Below, in pieces: positions 12,656 to 25,860 of a stretch of DNA of 64,000 bases. Source of the stretch: Vicugna vicugna (Eukaryota); assembly GCA_013265495.1 (NCBI GenBank), contig MU057503.1:496001-560000 (forward strand). The letters run 5' to 3'. How positions within the stretch are numbered: the first letter of the stretch is position 1; every line of letters starts with the position of its first letter. A model generated the notes under the pieces. The model saw only the letters and a program-made list of their open reading frames with translations, did not search any database and had not been told where the DNA came from. The position numbers and the translations under genes are program-made.

Positions 12656-14334
12656 AATAGAAAAGATATCCTTTGCCTTCATGAAAAGCAGTGAGCTCCG
12701 AGAGAAGAAAATGGTGGTGGACTCCTCTCTGTTCCCGGGGGGAAAGAGTCTCATTTGCTCTTGGTTTTAAGGGAAATAGATGGTGGGAACAATTACCCAG
12801 ATGCGTCATCAAGTTAGAATCAGAAAGAGTTAAGGGCTGCAAGAGAGAAAAATGAGAGGCAGAATCTTCCTAATGGAATCTGTCTTTTCCAGAAGCTCTG
12901 AAGAACAGAGCAGAGCCCATCCCCTACCAGACAGGAAGGCTGGCAGTGCGGAGCAAAGGAGGTATTTTATAAACACAGACGTAGGCCCAGGAGTTGCCCA
13001 AGGCCCCAGAACCTTGGCAGAGTGAGGACCAGGACGCGAGGAGTGTGTCTCCCCAGGCGGAACTCTCTTCCTAAGGAGAAGTAAGCCATGCCAGCTCAGG
13101 TTACCAGCCCAGCCTGCCCCCTGAAATTAGACCATCATAAATGTTAAAAAGGCTTTGTTTAAAGAAAGAATTCTGGTGTGCTTTACTCTTAACCAGAACC
13201 ATCTGGAAGCAATCTTGCATTCACACGATGGAGTCTCGTCCTCTTTGGCCCTCACTATCTCTACAAATCCCATCAGTGCAGGAACAGCTGCTGGGGAATC
13301 TGGCCCGATGCCAGAGGTGAAGCTACAGCCTCCTCCCGCATCAACGTCCTCCTGGGCCCCCAGCATGCTTGTCACCCCGCAGAGCATGAAGAACATGGTC
13401 ACAGGAGCAGGGACCTGGTGCCACAGAGCCAGCTGTGAGAAACTGCTGTTTCAACTTGGTAACAGATGCTGGCCAGCCATCTACGGCCTGAGACGGCTCA
13501 GAGGGCTGTGGGCTGGACACTCAGCTCATAGCACCAGTGTGTGAGCATCATGCAAAACCAGCTCGACCCCAAGGGGCACCGGCTGGCCCTGAGCACAAGG
13601 CCGGGGTTCTAGCACCAGGACCAGTGACACCAGGCGAGAAAGTGAGAGCTGGGGCACGTCAGAGACCAACTCAGCACTGGAGGATGCCAGTAGAAAACGC
13701 CTTTGTCGATCAAACCACTGTGTGAGCTATCTGAGGAGAGGGAGAAAGGGCGGTGGGGGACCAGGGACGAGATGGATTTCATTAGCAAAGTCCTGGTGAC
13801 AATAACCTTTTGTCCGCTACACAATCTGGGCCTGCCAAGCTGCTCCCCAGTCTCCGAGAAAGCATGAGGGCAGGACAGAAAGGATCCCCATCAGGAGGCA
13901 GCAGACACATCCCTAATGCTGAGACAGGCTTCCCGGCACTGACATCCTCTCCCACGCTTCCTCCCGGCAGCAGACGCACCGCAGAAGGCTGGCAGGACGC
14001 TCCTCTGAGGAGAGGAGTCAATTTTCCCAAGCAGAGGAGATTTCATTCTTTGGGGGACCTTCCCCACCGTCAGAACCCCCAAACCACACACAGACTTGTA
14101 GTGATGAGTGTGAAACACTAGGTTTAATGTGGCCCACAGTCCACAGGGTCAGATCAGGAACTAGAAAGCTTCCTACCTCAGAAGCCCCTGGAATGCTCTG
14201 TTCCACCCTCTTGTCCTCCAAAGGACAGGCCAAGGAGACACCAATCCTGGTAGGCGGCGGTCCCCGCTTACATTTCCGCTGCAGCTCAAAACTGAATAAT
14301 TATGCCTCATCTTACGCTGAAGCAAAGTTGATGC

Positions 14335-14700
14335 ATTGTATCAGAAAGAGTCCTGGACCGAGAATTAGAAACCTACGTTATTCTACCATGTGTGCATTAG
14401 TGGAAGCTGAGTAAGCCACCTAATCTCTCTGAGCCTCCATTTGCCCAACTGCAAAATGGGAGCAAGAGGAAAAACCATGGGGCATTTGGCAGTCCACCGC
14501 CAAACAGTAAACGGTGGAGGCCCTGAAGTGACGCTGCCTGGGCTCACATCCTGGCTTCTCCGCTCACTGGCTGTGTAACCTTGAGCAGCTTAGTCCTTGT
14601 GCCTCGGCTTCCTCATCTGTAAAACAGACCTCATCTGTAAAACAGAGGATTATTCAACATGAGGAACCATGTAAAGCTCTCATTGCAGGGTCTGGTCCTT
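14335..14700 (+). mobile_element. Two adjacent MIR SINEs
   Basis: taatctctctgagcctccatttgcccaactgcaaaatggg and ctggctgtgtaaccttgagcag...gtgcctcggcttcctcatctgtaaaa are both MIR cores. Confidence 0.8.
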
Positions 14701-16009
14701 AGCTCTCCCACTGACTGTCAGCCTGCCCACGACTCTCATGATTAGTGGAGGACAGTGGGGAGATAAAAATTTTCACAACTAGGTCTTTGCTACAAGGGAG
14801 CAACAGCCTGGCAGAAGGTGCACCCTTATTTGTTAGAAAGGTTTCAGAGAAGCAGGTTCATGGGCCAAAGCTGATTCTGAAGCCAAGAAACATGAAGGAG
14901 GGAGGAGGTAAGGCCTAATCTGTCCCCTTGAGCATGACACACTCCAAATACTCACCAGTCCACCTTCAACCAAACCCAACACCTTGGTAGTAACTGAAGG
15001 CTTTTGTGGGAAAAGAGGCAGCAGATCCTTGTCTCTCTTTCCATTGAATTATTTTGCCAGCCCTTCTCTTCCTATAGACAACCCACAAAGGCAGCAAACT
15101 GGGAGCCCACGTTTCTTAAGTCCTAAAACATAGCTGCTAGATTTGAGGGGTTCTGGAGACTAAAAACATTTTAAAAAGAACTTATTACATTGGGGGGTCG
15201 GTGTGAGGGAGAGGGAGTTTACACAGGCAGTGGTCTCAAACGGTTTTAAGCTTCCCAACTTCTTCCAACGAAGATGGAAAGAGCCCTCCTTTTCTTAAGC
15301 ATCATTTCCCAATCAAAAGTAACACCAGGTAGGAAATATCCAAAGATGTACATCAATCTCTGCTCGCAGCCAAAGTTGTGAGCCAACAGCCACGTAGGGA
15401 ACTTTGCTGGAACAAATGAGCAAATCATGTCCAACTGAAGCCATTCTCAGTCTTGGCTCCTCAGTTATTAGCGACCTTCTGTGGAGTTCCGTGCAATTAA
15501 ATACAGCCCACTTATGGACTGTTTACTTGTTAACCGTGCTAATGGAGCGTGTGTGTGTGTGCACAGTGCGCACGTGAGCAAGAAAGAGAGCAAAAGAGAA
15601 TAACTGTGTGTGCGTAAAGTTGGATGTAATCTAATCCCTGAATTTATCTACATTTAAAAAAATGGTAAGAAGTGGGTAATCTTTAGCCATTTGTTTACCA
15701 AGTTTGTTTTGATTGCTGAGATCTGATTTGCCTTCCTGGCACAGACAGGACAGACAAACATCCTTGCCGCAAACTCCACCGGGCTTGTGCATAATAAAGC
15801 TCCTCTTTCCGATGCTTCTCACGGACCATCCACAACGTCAGCCTGCCCGTCAGCAACTCCTGTCAATCACACTTTTCTTCCTTTCATCCACTAAACCACA
15901 TCCTGTCGACTACCTGTCGGGCACAGGGTGAGGCACTGGGCTGCCCCTCAGGAGGCTTACAGACTAGCTGAAGAGACATTCTTTAAAAGATAATTGGACT
16001 AAGTGATGA

Positions 16010-16572
16010 CTTAGCCCTGACTTTTATCCCGTGGCCTAAATGACCCGGTGTCCTGTTCATTTCCTTGCCTTCTCTGTTTCTGCTTCCATCTCTCTGTCTG
16101 GCTCTAGAGACCTCACGTACGTATCTCTATGTCTGTTTTCCTCTGGGTACCTGAATCTCTTTTCTCTCCTAGTCCGTCTCCTTCAAACTACTGTGACAAC
16201 AACCTCCCTAAAACATTGCTTTCATCATTTCATTCTCCTCAAAAACACACAAGAGTAACCTGTAGCCTCCCACAGAAAAATCTCAATTTCTCCACCCGGC
16301 TTCCTGTATTCTTAACTATGTTCCCTCGATACCAACTCAGCCTGATTTCTGAAAGCCTCTCCCCCTCTATCTGGCCATCTTCCTCACCGTCTCTTTGATC
16401 TGTTCTTTTTGTTTGTTTATTACAACCATGTGGGTTCCTAACCTGGAATGCCTTTCCTTCCATCTTGCCAAATTCCACCAAAACCAGACCAAACTCCACC
16501 ATGGCTTTCTGAACTACACTAGTTGTCACTTGAAACTTTTCTTTAAGTGCTGGTTTTGCTGACTGAATAAAA
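16010..16572 (+). mobile_element. L2 fragment
   Basis: Pyrimidine-rich L2 3' region, including cctggaatgcctttccttccatct. Confidence 0.5.
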
Positions 16573-16673
16573 GCGAATTTGCAAGAAAACCTAGTCAGGG
16601 GGCAGCAAAACTCCAGAGCCCAGAGCTGCAAATACGGCGAACCCTTTCCAATAATTACGATCACATTTCTGAG

Positions 16674-16905
16674 CAGGGGTACGTATTTTAGGCTTTGTGA
16701 GTCATACCATCTCTGCTACAGATACTCCACTGCCCTGCTGTAGTATGAAGGTAGCGACAGATCACACATAAACAAGTGAAGGTGATTGTATTTTTTTTCA
16801 TCACCGCCGCCACCACCACCCAATGTAGCTGTATTTTTTAAAGTTATTTACAGAAAGGGGTGGTGGGTGGAATTTGGCTCTCAGGCCATAATTTGCTGGG
16901 CCTGT
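16674..16905 (+). mobile_element. MER58A-like hAT MITE
   Basis: Contains cagggg, tattttaggctttgtgagtcata, ttatttacagaaa and atttggctctcaggccataatttgct. Confidence 0.8.
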
Positions 16906-17269
16906 TCTATCCAAGAAGAGTGGATACTTGCCAGTATCCACTCTTCTCTTTCAGGTGGCAAAGTACAATCGGAAGTGTCTTAGATCAGCCTCCTACCTTT
17001 CCCGGAGAAACTCAACTGTTCCTTTAAGACAGTATGTACCCTGGGAGTAGATTCCAGCCTAAAAGTCATCACCATGGGAATCTGGGCTGTGACCATCTGT
17101 TATAGCTATTTTGGTCAATGAAGTAGAGATAACGGAATCTACTGCTCCGCCTGCGCTGGGGATACGGCAAGGAAAGAGGCCACTGTCTCATTCATCTGTC
17201 CCCAGACTGGCAGGAGGCCCCTGGTCAGCATCACAGAGCCTAAGAGCAGATCGTCACTTACCCTTCTTT

Positions 17270-17640
17270 GCGCCAGGCACGGCTCTCTCACTGCATCCCT
17301 ACCCCAGCCCTATGAGGTAGAAGTGCTGTGCTTTTCAGTTGGGAGAAATAGATGAGGTCTTATCAGTGCTACTGCTGGTCCACAGAAGTGGTTTTGTGTC
17401 TTACACAGGTGTGTTTTGGGAATAAGATGCCCCTTGCCAAGAGCTCTCACTGCAACCTGCATGTGATGCAATAATGAGGCTAGCTCACCGCCTGCGGTCC
17501 TTAGTCACCCTTCACAGAGTATTCTTTTCACTTTATTCATGGAAATTGGACTCGTAGGGGTTAAGTCGTTTATCCATCTTTGCCTATTCAGAAAGGTCAG
17601 AGTCATGATTCAAATCCAAGTCACTCTGGCCAAATAGAGC
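17270..17640 (-). mobile_element. MIR fragments
   Basis: Contains gccaggcacggctct, cagccctatgaggtag, ggttaagtcgtttatcca and gattcaaatccaagtc. Confidence 0.6.
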
Positions 17641-18002
17641 TTCGGCACATTCCTTAGAGCCTCGCTACCTCTTCAGTAACCCTGACCTAAAATAACCAAG
17701 TTCACTGTGTTTCAGAAGCTCCCAAACGCTTGCTCCACGTGAAGTGAGGAGTTACACAGCTTCGTGAGTCTAGAGTCCCCAAGGAGGGCCTCAGAGAGCA
17801 GAGAGGCAAACCAACAGCCACGATCTGAGGACTGGCGCCCAGGCGAAAGCAGCGGAAGCGGGCGTAGCCCCTGTTCCTTTCCCGCAAACCCAGGTCTCTG
17901 GCTGCCCCTCCTGATCCAAACTGCGTAAGTGGCTTTTTATGGCGGTGACGCCCCCATCACACACGCTGCGGCCGTGCCGAGGCAGGGGGGACACAGTCTT
18001 AC

Positions 18003-18121
18003 CAGCCTGTCATATTAAAGTCCCTGTAGAGCATCTTCTTTCCAAGTTCCTTTCTCTGTACTCTCCTTGGAAACTCCAAATGTGTGAACTCATTTCCCAG
18101 CAAGTGAGGCTGCATGAATGC
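18003..18121 (-). CDS. PPM1H: PPM1H internal coding exon (human exon 6 equivalent), 119 nt, phase 0 to 2; flap-domain region
   Basis: Minus strand reads cttttcttttctttttgctcttag|GCATTCATG...ACAGGCTG|gtaagac. It translates AFMQPHLLGNEFTHLEFPRRVQRKELGKKMLYRDFNMTG(W) and continues the previous exon in frame. The ORF track does not report this frame. Confidence 0.97.
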
Positions 18122-19504
18122 CTAAGAGCAAAAAGAAAAGAAAAGGGGGGGAAAAAAAACACATACACATATTTAGAGGGAAAAAAACACAACCCAAGGA
18201 TGTTTTGCAAATTGAGACAGGCCACTTTCAAAAACTAAAAAATGGTTCTCATATTTAAGGACGCTAAATAGATTTAAGAATCTAAACACAAAGAGAATAT
18301 CAACAAGTAAAAACATCATGAATGCAATTTATAAAGGGATGTGACTTTTTCATTTGAGATAATAAATGAATTGGAATCAGAGACATGCCTCTCTCAAGTA
18401 AGGAAAAGGTTCACTTTTTGATTCAAATCTGAGATGGTTTTGCTCTGCTGAACGGCATGTTGAGGAGGCAGGAACACTCCCCCTGCCCTGACTCTCTCCC
18501 CCCGGCTTTCTCTGCGCTCCCCCTGCTAGTACTCCTAGTCATCGCAGCCTTGCCTCCTCCGAAGGCTGCTTGTGAGTCTCAATGTCAACACAATGGCCTG
18601 AGAGAGTGAGCTGGGGCTGGCTACATCAGACAGGAACTTTCTGTTGGACTCCCTCCATTTTGCTCTGCAGTAATTTGATCATGTAATTGGAAGACTATTC
18701 CAGAGCAGATGGCTTCTTCCCCTCCCCCAAATCTCTGTTCACACTGCAAAAGTCTTGAGCAAACAGCCACTTAGGGAATTGCTTTGAAACAACAAACAGT
18801 CTCATTGTCACATTCAAAATTCATATCCAGCTCTCCAAGAGAGGGACTGCTCAAGTATCAACTTCCCTGCTCAGAGGCCACACACCGTAAGCAGACCTGC
18901 AGCGGAGCTTCCCTGTACAAGACGTACACCTGCTTATTAGTGGTGTGGTGGAATGGGTTTTTCTCTCTCTCTCTCTCTCTGGCAGGGAAAAGAGCGGGCA
19001 GAGAAAGCATGGCCTGGCACTGCAGGGAAGCGAGGGATCCCTGCCACAGGACAGATGGCCACGTCCTCAGTCTACTGCAAACAAGCACCTCCCACAGCCT
19101 CCTTCCCAGGACCCGACACCGGCAGATCCCCCACTGACTCTCATGGTGGTTCAGAGGTGTAGCTGGATGCTGGTTATCAGATGCTAAGCGCATCAGGAGT
19201 CAAAGGAAGCAGCTGAATTGTCCCCAGGCTGGACAGACTGGGATGGCTAATGGAACTCTGAGCTAGTGATGCTCAGCAGGCTTGGGGACAGGACTGAGGG
19301 AGAGAAGGGGAGCTGTCCTGTCTGCTGTCACTCAAGCAGGTTTCAGTTCAGGGTTGGGGGGAGGATTCTGGATCATCTTCGAGGCGCTCTGAAACCTCTG
19401 CTGGGGATGAGGCTTCAGCTGCCTGAGGGTTCAAGGACACTTAAACACTGGGTTTTACAGATGGTTCCCCGGGAATGAGGAGGAAGGAACTAATATTTAT
19501 AGAG

Positions 19505-19710
19505 CAGGTCAGTGGGGTGGGCTTTGGGTGAGATGGACTTGGGTTTGAATCCAAGCTCTGCATTTATAAGCTGCGTGATTTTAGTGGGTGATTTCATTTC
19601 TTGGGACCCAGTTTCTTTACCTGTACAATGAGATTACCTGCAGATTTATCTCACACTGTTTTGATAATGAAATGAAACGACATCTATAATGCACTTATCA
19701 TGATTGTCTC
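19505..19710 (+). mobile_element. MIR SINE
   Basis: Contains cttgggtttgaatccaagctctgc and cagtttctttacctgtacaatgag. Confidence 0.78.
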
Positions 19711-19827
19711 TGCTCATAAAAAGAGAAGAATTTATCCATCCACTGATTATTGAGTCCTCCTGGATCCTGAGTACTGCAGTCAGTGTTCCGAGAGCTCTCG
19801 TTTCACACCCCGCAACAACCTCATGGG

Positions 19828-19984
19828 CTGGACTGGCTACCTAATTTGAGGGGCCCAGTGTAAAAAGGAGAATGTGAAGCCTGTCTTCAAAATGAAAAAT
19901 TTCAAGATGGTGACAAGCAGAGCGTTAAACCAGGTGCAGGGCCTGGGCAAAGGCATGAACCACACATCCATGAAGCCAGCTGTG
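19828..19984 (-). mobile_element. MER45A-like hAT-Tip100 MITE
   Basis: Contains ggactggctacctaatttgaggggcccagtgtaaaa, aatttcaagatggtgac and ccatgaagccagc. Confidence 0.8.
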
Positions 19985-20544
19985 CCTACAGAGCAGACAT
20001 GATTTTCTTCCTCTCTTTTATTCTGGTCCACCCACAAAAACTAAGGACCAGAGGCATCAATAGCCAACAAACAGCAGCACCTTTACGCACCCTTTATCAC
20101 CTCGCAGAACTGTGGGGCTCTACGAGCATGGCGTTTCTGTCTCCCCCCACCTTCCAAGCTGGAGTTAACACTGATTCAGGGGTCACCACACACCAGGTAC
20201 TTGATACACCTCAACAACCCTACTAAAGCACATGTCATCGACTCAATTTCCAAATGAGGGGACTAAGATCCAGAGAGCTTAGGACCCCTCGCCCAAGGTC
20301 ACCAGCCAGGACTGGGCGGTTCTACAGCCCACCCGTAACGCCCATCCTAACCCTCAGGCTGGCCCTTACCCTGCACACACATTTACGACAGACAGTAAGT
20401 GGGCAACGACGGGACAACAATGGGTCCTGTTGCTCCTGGGCCATGAGAAGTCTGAACCACAGACAAGTTCCCACAAGGATCCAGTCAACAAAAAAATTAC
20501 GGATCTGCACACAGCTTGGCCACAAGGATGCTCCTGAAGTAGCA

Positions 20545-20700
20545 AGGAGAAATCATTTAATGATACGAGGGGTTAAACTAGCATAAATCCATCCAAAAGA
20601 ATCTACGCTGTCGCTAACAAAGGTGCTGGAGAGAATATGTAATCACATGAAAGTGCTGATGTATTTCTAAAAAGCAGGTTATCACACTGTGCCATCTGTG
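20545..20700 (+). mobile_element. Probable ancient L1ME 3' fragment, followed by degraded (CA/TA)n
   Basis: ggttaaactagcataaatccatccaaaagaatctacgctg...aaaaagcaggttat resembles a highly diverged L1ME 3' region. Confidence 0.45.
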
Positions 20701-23700
20701 CATGTGCATGTGTACGAGCTTATGTGAGCAGGGTCATATATACACAGATCTGTATGTGACACACACGTATACAAACATGAGGGCGCATGTGTAAATACAG
20801 ACACACGATACACGTATATATTGCACAACAAACGGGTTTGGATCCAAGAGCCATCCCTAAGTACATCTTGCAGCCCTGTGCCCTCTGTGCTGGTATACGT
20901 TTGCCTGGGCAGTTGTACCAGAAGTCCGCAGGGTAGTGGGAACTCCCCAGCAACTTGCTATTTGCAGGGGCCACCTCGCCTCTTCCTCTGAGCATAAGCA
21001 GGTTCAAAGGGACCCGGAACCCTGTGTCACCTGTGACATCCATCGCCCCTTCACATGCAGAGCCCCTCAAGGTTCCCACAAACCACCTGCTTCTCCTGTC
21101 CCAACAACAGGCTTCTGTATTTCATCGGTTCTACGACGCCCTTTATAATTGTGCCATTATTTTGGTACTCGAAGAAGGGAAAAAGTTGCCAATTAAACTA
21201 GGCAGAATGCTTTCTTGCCTTTTTCAATTTTTTATTATTTTTGAAAGAACTCCTTGTAGACTTAAAATTCTGTTACTACCATGCATATTTAGGAAGGGAT
21301 ATGTAAGTGAGGTGCTGGCTATGGTTGTTCCAAAACGTTCTGGCATTTAGACTCCTGCGGCGCCCATCACATTCTGACTCCGAATCATTCCGCATTGGTG
21401 ACTTTCCCCCCTGAGCGGCCTGTGTTTCAGGGGCGCGTGGGTGACGCAGCATTTCCTGCACGAGCCACAAAAGCCCCAAGCCTCGGAGGCAGGGGTGTGA
21501 CGTTCTGAAGCCAAACTGCAGTCATCCGGAGCCCACTTACTCGTGACTCCACTTCGGGAACGTGGCTGAGCAAGTCTGGTCCCCCTCCCCCAGCCCCGCC
21601 GTGTGACTGTTGGATCCAAAGAGGCTGAAAGGGCGCCTCGCTTTTTGTCTGCAGGGGTTTCCTCCAAGCGCTGGACGCCCAGCCTGAAGTCGGGAGCTGC
21701 TCTTTTCATGTTTGCTCACGCCCGGGGGGTAACAGCCGTGTCCTGCCTGCCACCTGGCTGACAGCCCCAGCCAACTGTAGAATGTCCCCACTTTAGATAT
21801 GTCAAAACGTAAAAGGAAAAAAGTCCCTGAGCTCTGAGGAAGTACCGTGATGTTCATCCCCCACTGATCTGGATGTTACACCCTTGGAATTCTCCCTCTT
21901 TCGGGTTATTTTTCTTCCTCTGGCTAATTGCCACAGCACATTTCACATGTCACATGACATTTTCTGCTACAGTCATGCCTACCATAGAATCTATATGTAT
22001 TCCCTGTGTACCTCGGACATACCCCTCAGGACGTATTTTTACTACGCTTGAAAATCACCATCTCCATCCTCATCTTTGGCTTCCTTTCTTTTTAGATTTT
22101 TTTTTGGGGGGGTGTATTTTAGCTTTTTCTTTCTGCTATTTGGATATATGTATGTTAGAAACATCTGTCTGGTGACACAAGTAATACTAGCTACACTTGA
22201 GTGTGTTCATTAATGATTTTTAAGACCTTAGCTACACTCTAATGCCCTGGCTAGCACCAAACACAGCAAAGGCTTTAAGTAAGTATTTGTTGGAAGAATG
22301 AGTATAGAAATTTTGACCTGCTTTCCACAATTACATTTTAGTTTTTATTTAAACTTTACAAAATAATACAACATAGCTTTCAATCTTTTGAAAAAATTAA
22401 AACTAAAGCCCATGGCACATAAAAACAATCTTGGACACACGTTAACATATTTTGGATTTAGTTAACCTTTCATAATTCGATAGACACCTTCCTGTAAAAC
22501 CACATTTGTGTGGGTGCAGTCACACGATTAAAAAACCCATGATAACTTCGCAGTCCTGACAATGTCTACAGAATGTTATGTCTCTTCTTTGCCTAATAAG
22601 CATGCTGACTGGAAACCGAGAAATGTATTTTATTCTAAGATCCAATGTAAAGTGTGCTGACCTGCCCCATGTAAAGAAAAATTGGACCTCTTTTTGTACC
22701 TCCATTTTTAACCTAAATTTTGAGACTTTCTGCCAAGGAATACAGAGTGCTCATAACTAAGGGGAGGGAAGGGTCAGGTGCGAACCACAAAGGGCACCTG
22801 GGGGGGAAGCGTGGTCACCACTGCCCCGGCAAAACCAAAGGCAGGTCACCAAGAGTCTTTTAAGGACTCTGGAGGGTGCAGGTTTGCTAACATGAGGGTA
22901 AGATGTATCCTTGCCACTTGGTGTCTGGGCAGCTGATGAGAACACACTTCCAGATATGGTTACATTCAGCCAGGGACGAGAAGAGGCATCCTCTCTAGGG
23001 AAAGGACGCGGGAATACTCTGCCATGCCGAGAAGTGGTGGGACACCAGGGACAGCGAAGAGGAGGAGCAGACGTCTTCTAGCTGCTCTCCTCTCTAGCCC
23101 TGAGCAGAAGCTAGCTTCAAGGGAAGGGGCCGGAGGTGAGCACCACACTGAAGAAAGCCAGCCATCCATCCTGTTGAGAGTCTCTGATGGAGCCGTAACA
23201 GGAGGGGACAGGCCTGAAGAAGAGCTGCCTCCTGGGATCCCCTAGGAAGTCTCTCACCAGCACATAATGTGTGACTGACCTGAACCCCAGTCGTCTTGCT
23301 CCAGAGCACATGGATCTGAGCCCCATCCTCCTGGGCTTGTGCAGAGCTTTGAGCTTCTTGGCCAGGCAGGAAGAAACCAGGGAGTGGAAGCAGGAGTCCA
23401 GACCCCAGGCAGTGACACGTACGTACTGGTTCTGGGAGGAGGCTGGGCACCAGGTTTCCTGTGGACACTGAGACCGTGGTTCTGGAGGTTACTCAAAATT
23501 GCCTGCTGGGGAACACAAACTGCTTCCTCCTTTCAATAAAATGTCCTACTGCTGCCTTGTCGTCAGCTTGCCAGTGAGTAGTTCCAGCCAAGGAGGGGAC
23601 TGTCCCAGGTTTTGGGGTAGCCAGCCAATGGAATTCAAGCATGTAACACATGAACTCCTGCAGGTGTGGGTATCAGGGGTTAGGGATTCAAACAAAAAAG

Positions 23701-23829
23701 ATGCCCCTCCGCTCGGAGCTCACGCACTAGCAGGCAAGAACGAGGAAGGCTCATGGGCGGACAAGGAGCTATGCCCAGTGGGGTCACTGGGTGGGGTCAG
23801 AGAGAATGGGAAAGATTTGTTTTCATTAT

Positions 23830-25077
23830 TTTAAACAGATTTTTTAATTTTAACTTTTTAAATTTTTTATTGAAGTATAGTTGGTTTACAGTGTTTCAGA
23901 TGTATAGCAAAATGATTCAGTTGTGTGTATGTATGTGTGTGTATATATATATATATGCATTCTTTTTCAGATTCCATTATAGGTTATTACAAGATGTTGA
24001 ATACAGTGCTAATCAGGAGGTCCTTGTTTATCTAGTTTATATATAGTAATATCTATTAATCCCAGATTTCCAATTTATCCCCCTCCTTTCTGCTTTGTTA
24101 ACTGTAAGTTTGTTTTCTATGTCTGTGAATCTATTTGTTTTGTAAAAGTTCGTTTGTGTTACTTTAAGATTCCACATGTAAGTGGTATCATGTCTTTCTC
24201 TGTCTGACTTACTTCACTTGGTATAATCTCTAGGTCCGTCCATGTTGTTGCAACTGGCATCATTTCATTCTTTTTTATGGCTGAGTAATAGTCCACTGTG
24301 TGTACATGCATATGTGTGTGCATGTGTGCACACACATACCCCACATTTTCCTTATCCATTCATCTGTCAATAGACATTTAGGTTGCTTCCATGTCTTGGC
24401 TATTATAGTGCTGCTATGAACACTGAAGTGCATGTATCTTTTCAAACTAGAGTTTTCATCTTTTTCAGATATATGCCCAGGAGTGGGATTGCTGGATCAT
24501 ATGGTAACTCAATTTTTAGTTTTTTAAGGAAACTCCATACTGTTCTCCATAGTGGCTGCATCAATTTACATTCCCACCAACAGTGCAGGAGGGTTCCTTT
24601 TTCTCCACACTCTCTTCAGCATTCATTATTCGTAGACTTTTTGATGATGGTCATTCTGATCAGCGTGAGGTGATACCTTGTAGTTTTGATTTGCATTTCT
24701 CGAATAATTAGCAATGCTGAGCATCTTTTCATGTGCTTATTGGACATCTGTATGTCTTCTTTGGAGAAATACCTATTTAGGTCTTCTGCCCATTTTTTGA
24801 TTGTTTTTTGTTTTGTTTTGCTTTTTGATATTGAGTAGTATGAGCTGTTTATATATTTTAAAAATTATGCTCTTGTTGGCAGCATCGCTTGCAAATATTT
24901 CTCCCATTCTTTTCACTTTGTTGATGGTTTCCTTTGCTGTGTAAAAGCTTTTAAGTTTAATTAGATAGGACCCATTTGTTTATTTTGCTTTTGTTTCTAT
25001 TACCCCTAAGAGATGAATCCGAAAAAAAATATTGCTGTGATTTATGCCCAAGAGTGTTCTGCCTATGTTTTCCTCTA
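23830..25077 (-). mobile_element. Older 5'-truncated LINE-1 (ORF2 3' end and 3'UTR)
   Basis: T-rich tail followed by ttttattgaagtatagttggtttaca. ORF 24159..24359 gives DYYSAIKKNEMMPVATTWTDLEII, the L1 ORF2 C-terminus. Several indels. Confidence 0.93.
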
Positions 25078-25329
25078 TGTGAAAAGGCTTTTCAGGGTGC
25101 TGGGGTACGGGCGGCAAGAGCAGAGGCAGGGAAGCAGGGGGCGGCGAGGTGCGGGGTCTTTTGGAGCTACTCTTAGGGGAGAGAGCAGAGCGGGACAGAG
25201 AGGCAGCAGGGGCGTGGCTTTCTGGGGAACCTGTCCTGCTGTTTGGCCTGGAGCTCCCGCAGGAAGGCCCCTCCTACAGAGGGTGATATACACTTAAATG
25301 AAGTCAATGTACTTAAAAAAAACAACAAC

Positions 25330-25860
25330 AGCTTTTCAATGAAGTATTTTATATGTACAGTACAGCGCTCAGACCACATGTATGCAGGGGGATGGATTTT
25401 CACAAATTAAACACACCCACGGAACTAGCATCCAGATTAAAAACCAGAACATCACCAGCACCCTGGGGTCGGGACTCCATTCAATCCCTGCTGCTGCCCG
25501 CGAGCGAAGCACTGTCCCCACACTTCCCGGTCGGGCGTGCCTGTTTCTAGGCTTCCCATGGAATCCAGAGGCTGGAGGTTAACTCTGCGAGATGCGTCCA
25601 CGTCGTTGCGCGTAGTTACAACTTGTTTATTTCACCCTGTGACTGTGCCACGTTTTATCTATCATCCTGCTCTCCATGTGCACTCGGGTAGCTTCCAGAT
25701 TTGGCTCTTACAAACAGGGCTGCCACACACATTCTAGCCTTTTGGTGTGAACAGAGGTCCACACTTCGTTCGCTGTGTACCCTGGAGGGGAACTGCTGGG
25801 CAAAATCCTTTTCCAAGGTAGTTAGCTGTTCCCATTTCCACTCCCATCAGCAGAATACAG
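25330..25860 (-). mobile_element. Ancient LINE-1 3' end (L1ME-like)
   Basis: ggattttcacaaattaaacacacccac...ccagattaaaaaccagaacatcaccagcaccc and ttccactcccatcagcaga resemble the L1ME 3' consensus. Confidence 0.7.

Noticed and set aside
14956..14993. Possible 38-nt poison exon with a gtgagt donor
   Set aside because: An upstream AG and A-run interrupt the pyrimidine tract, and there is no independent support.
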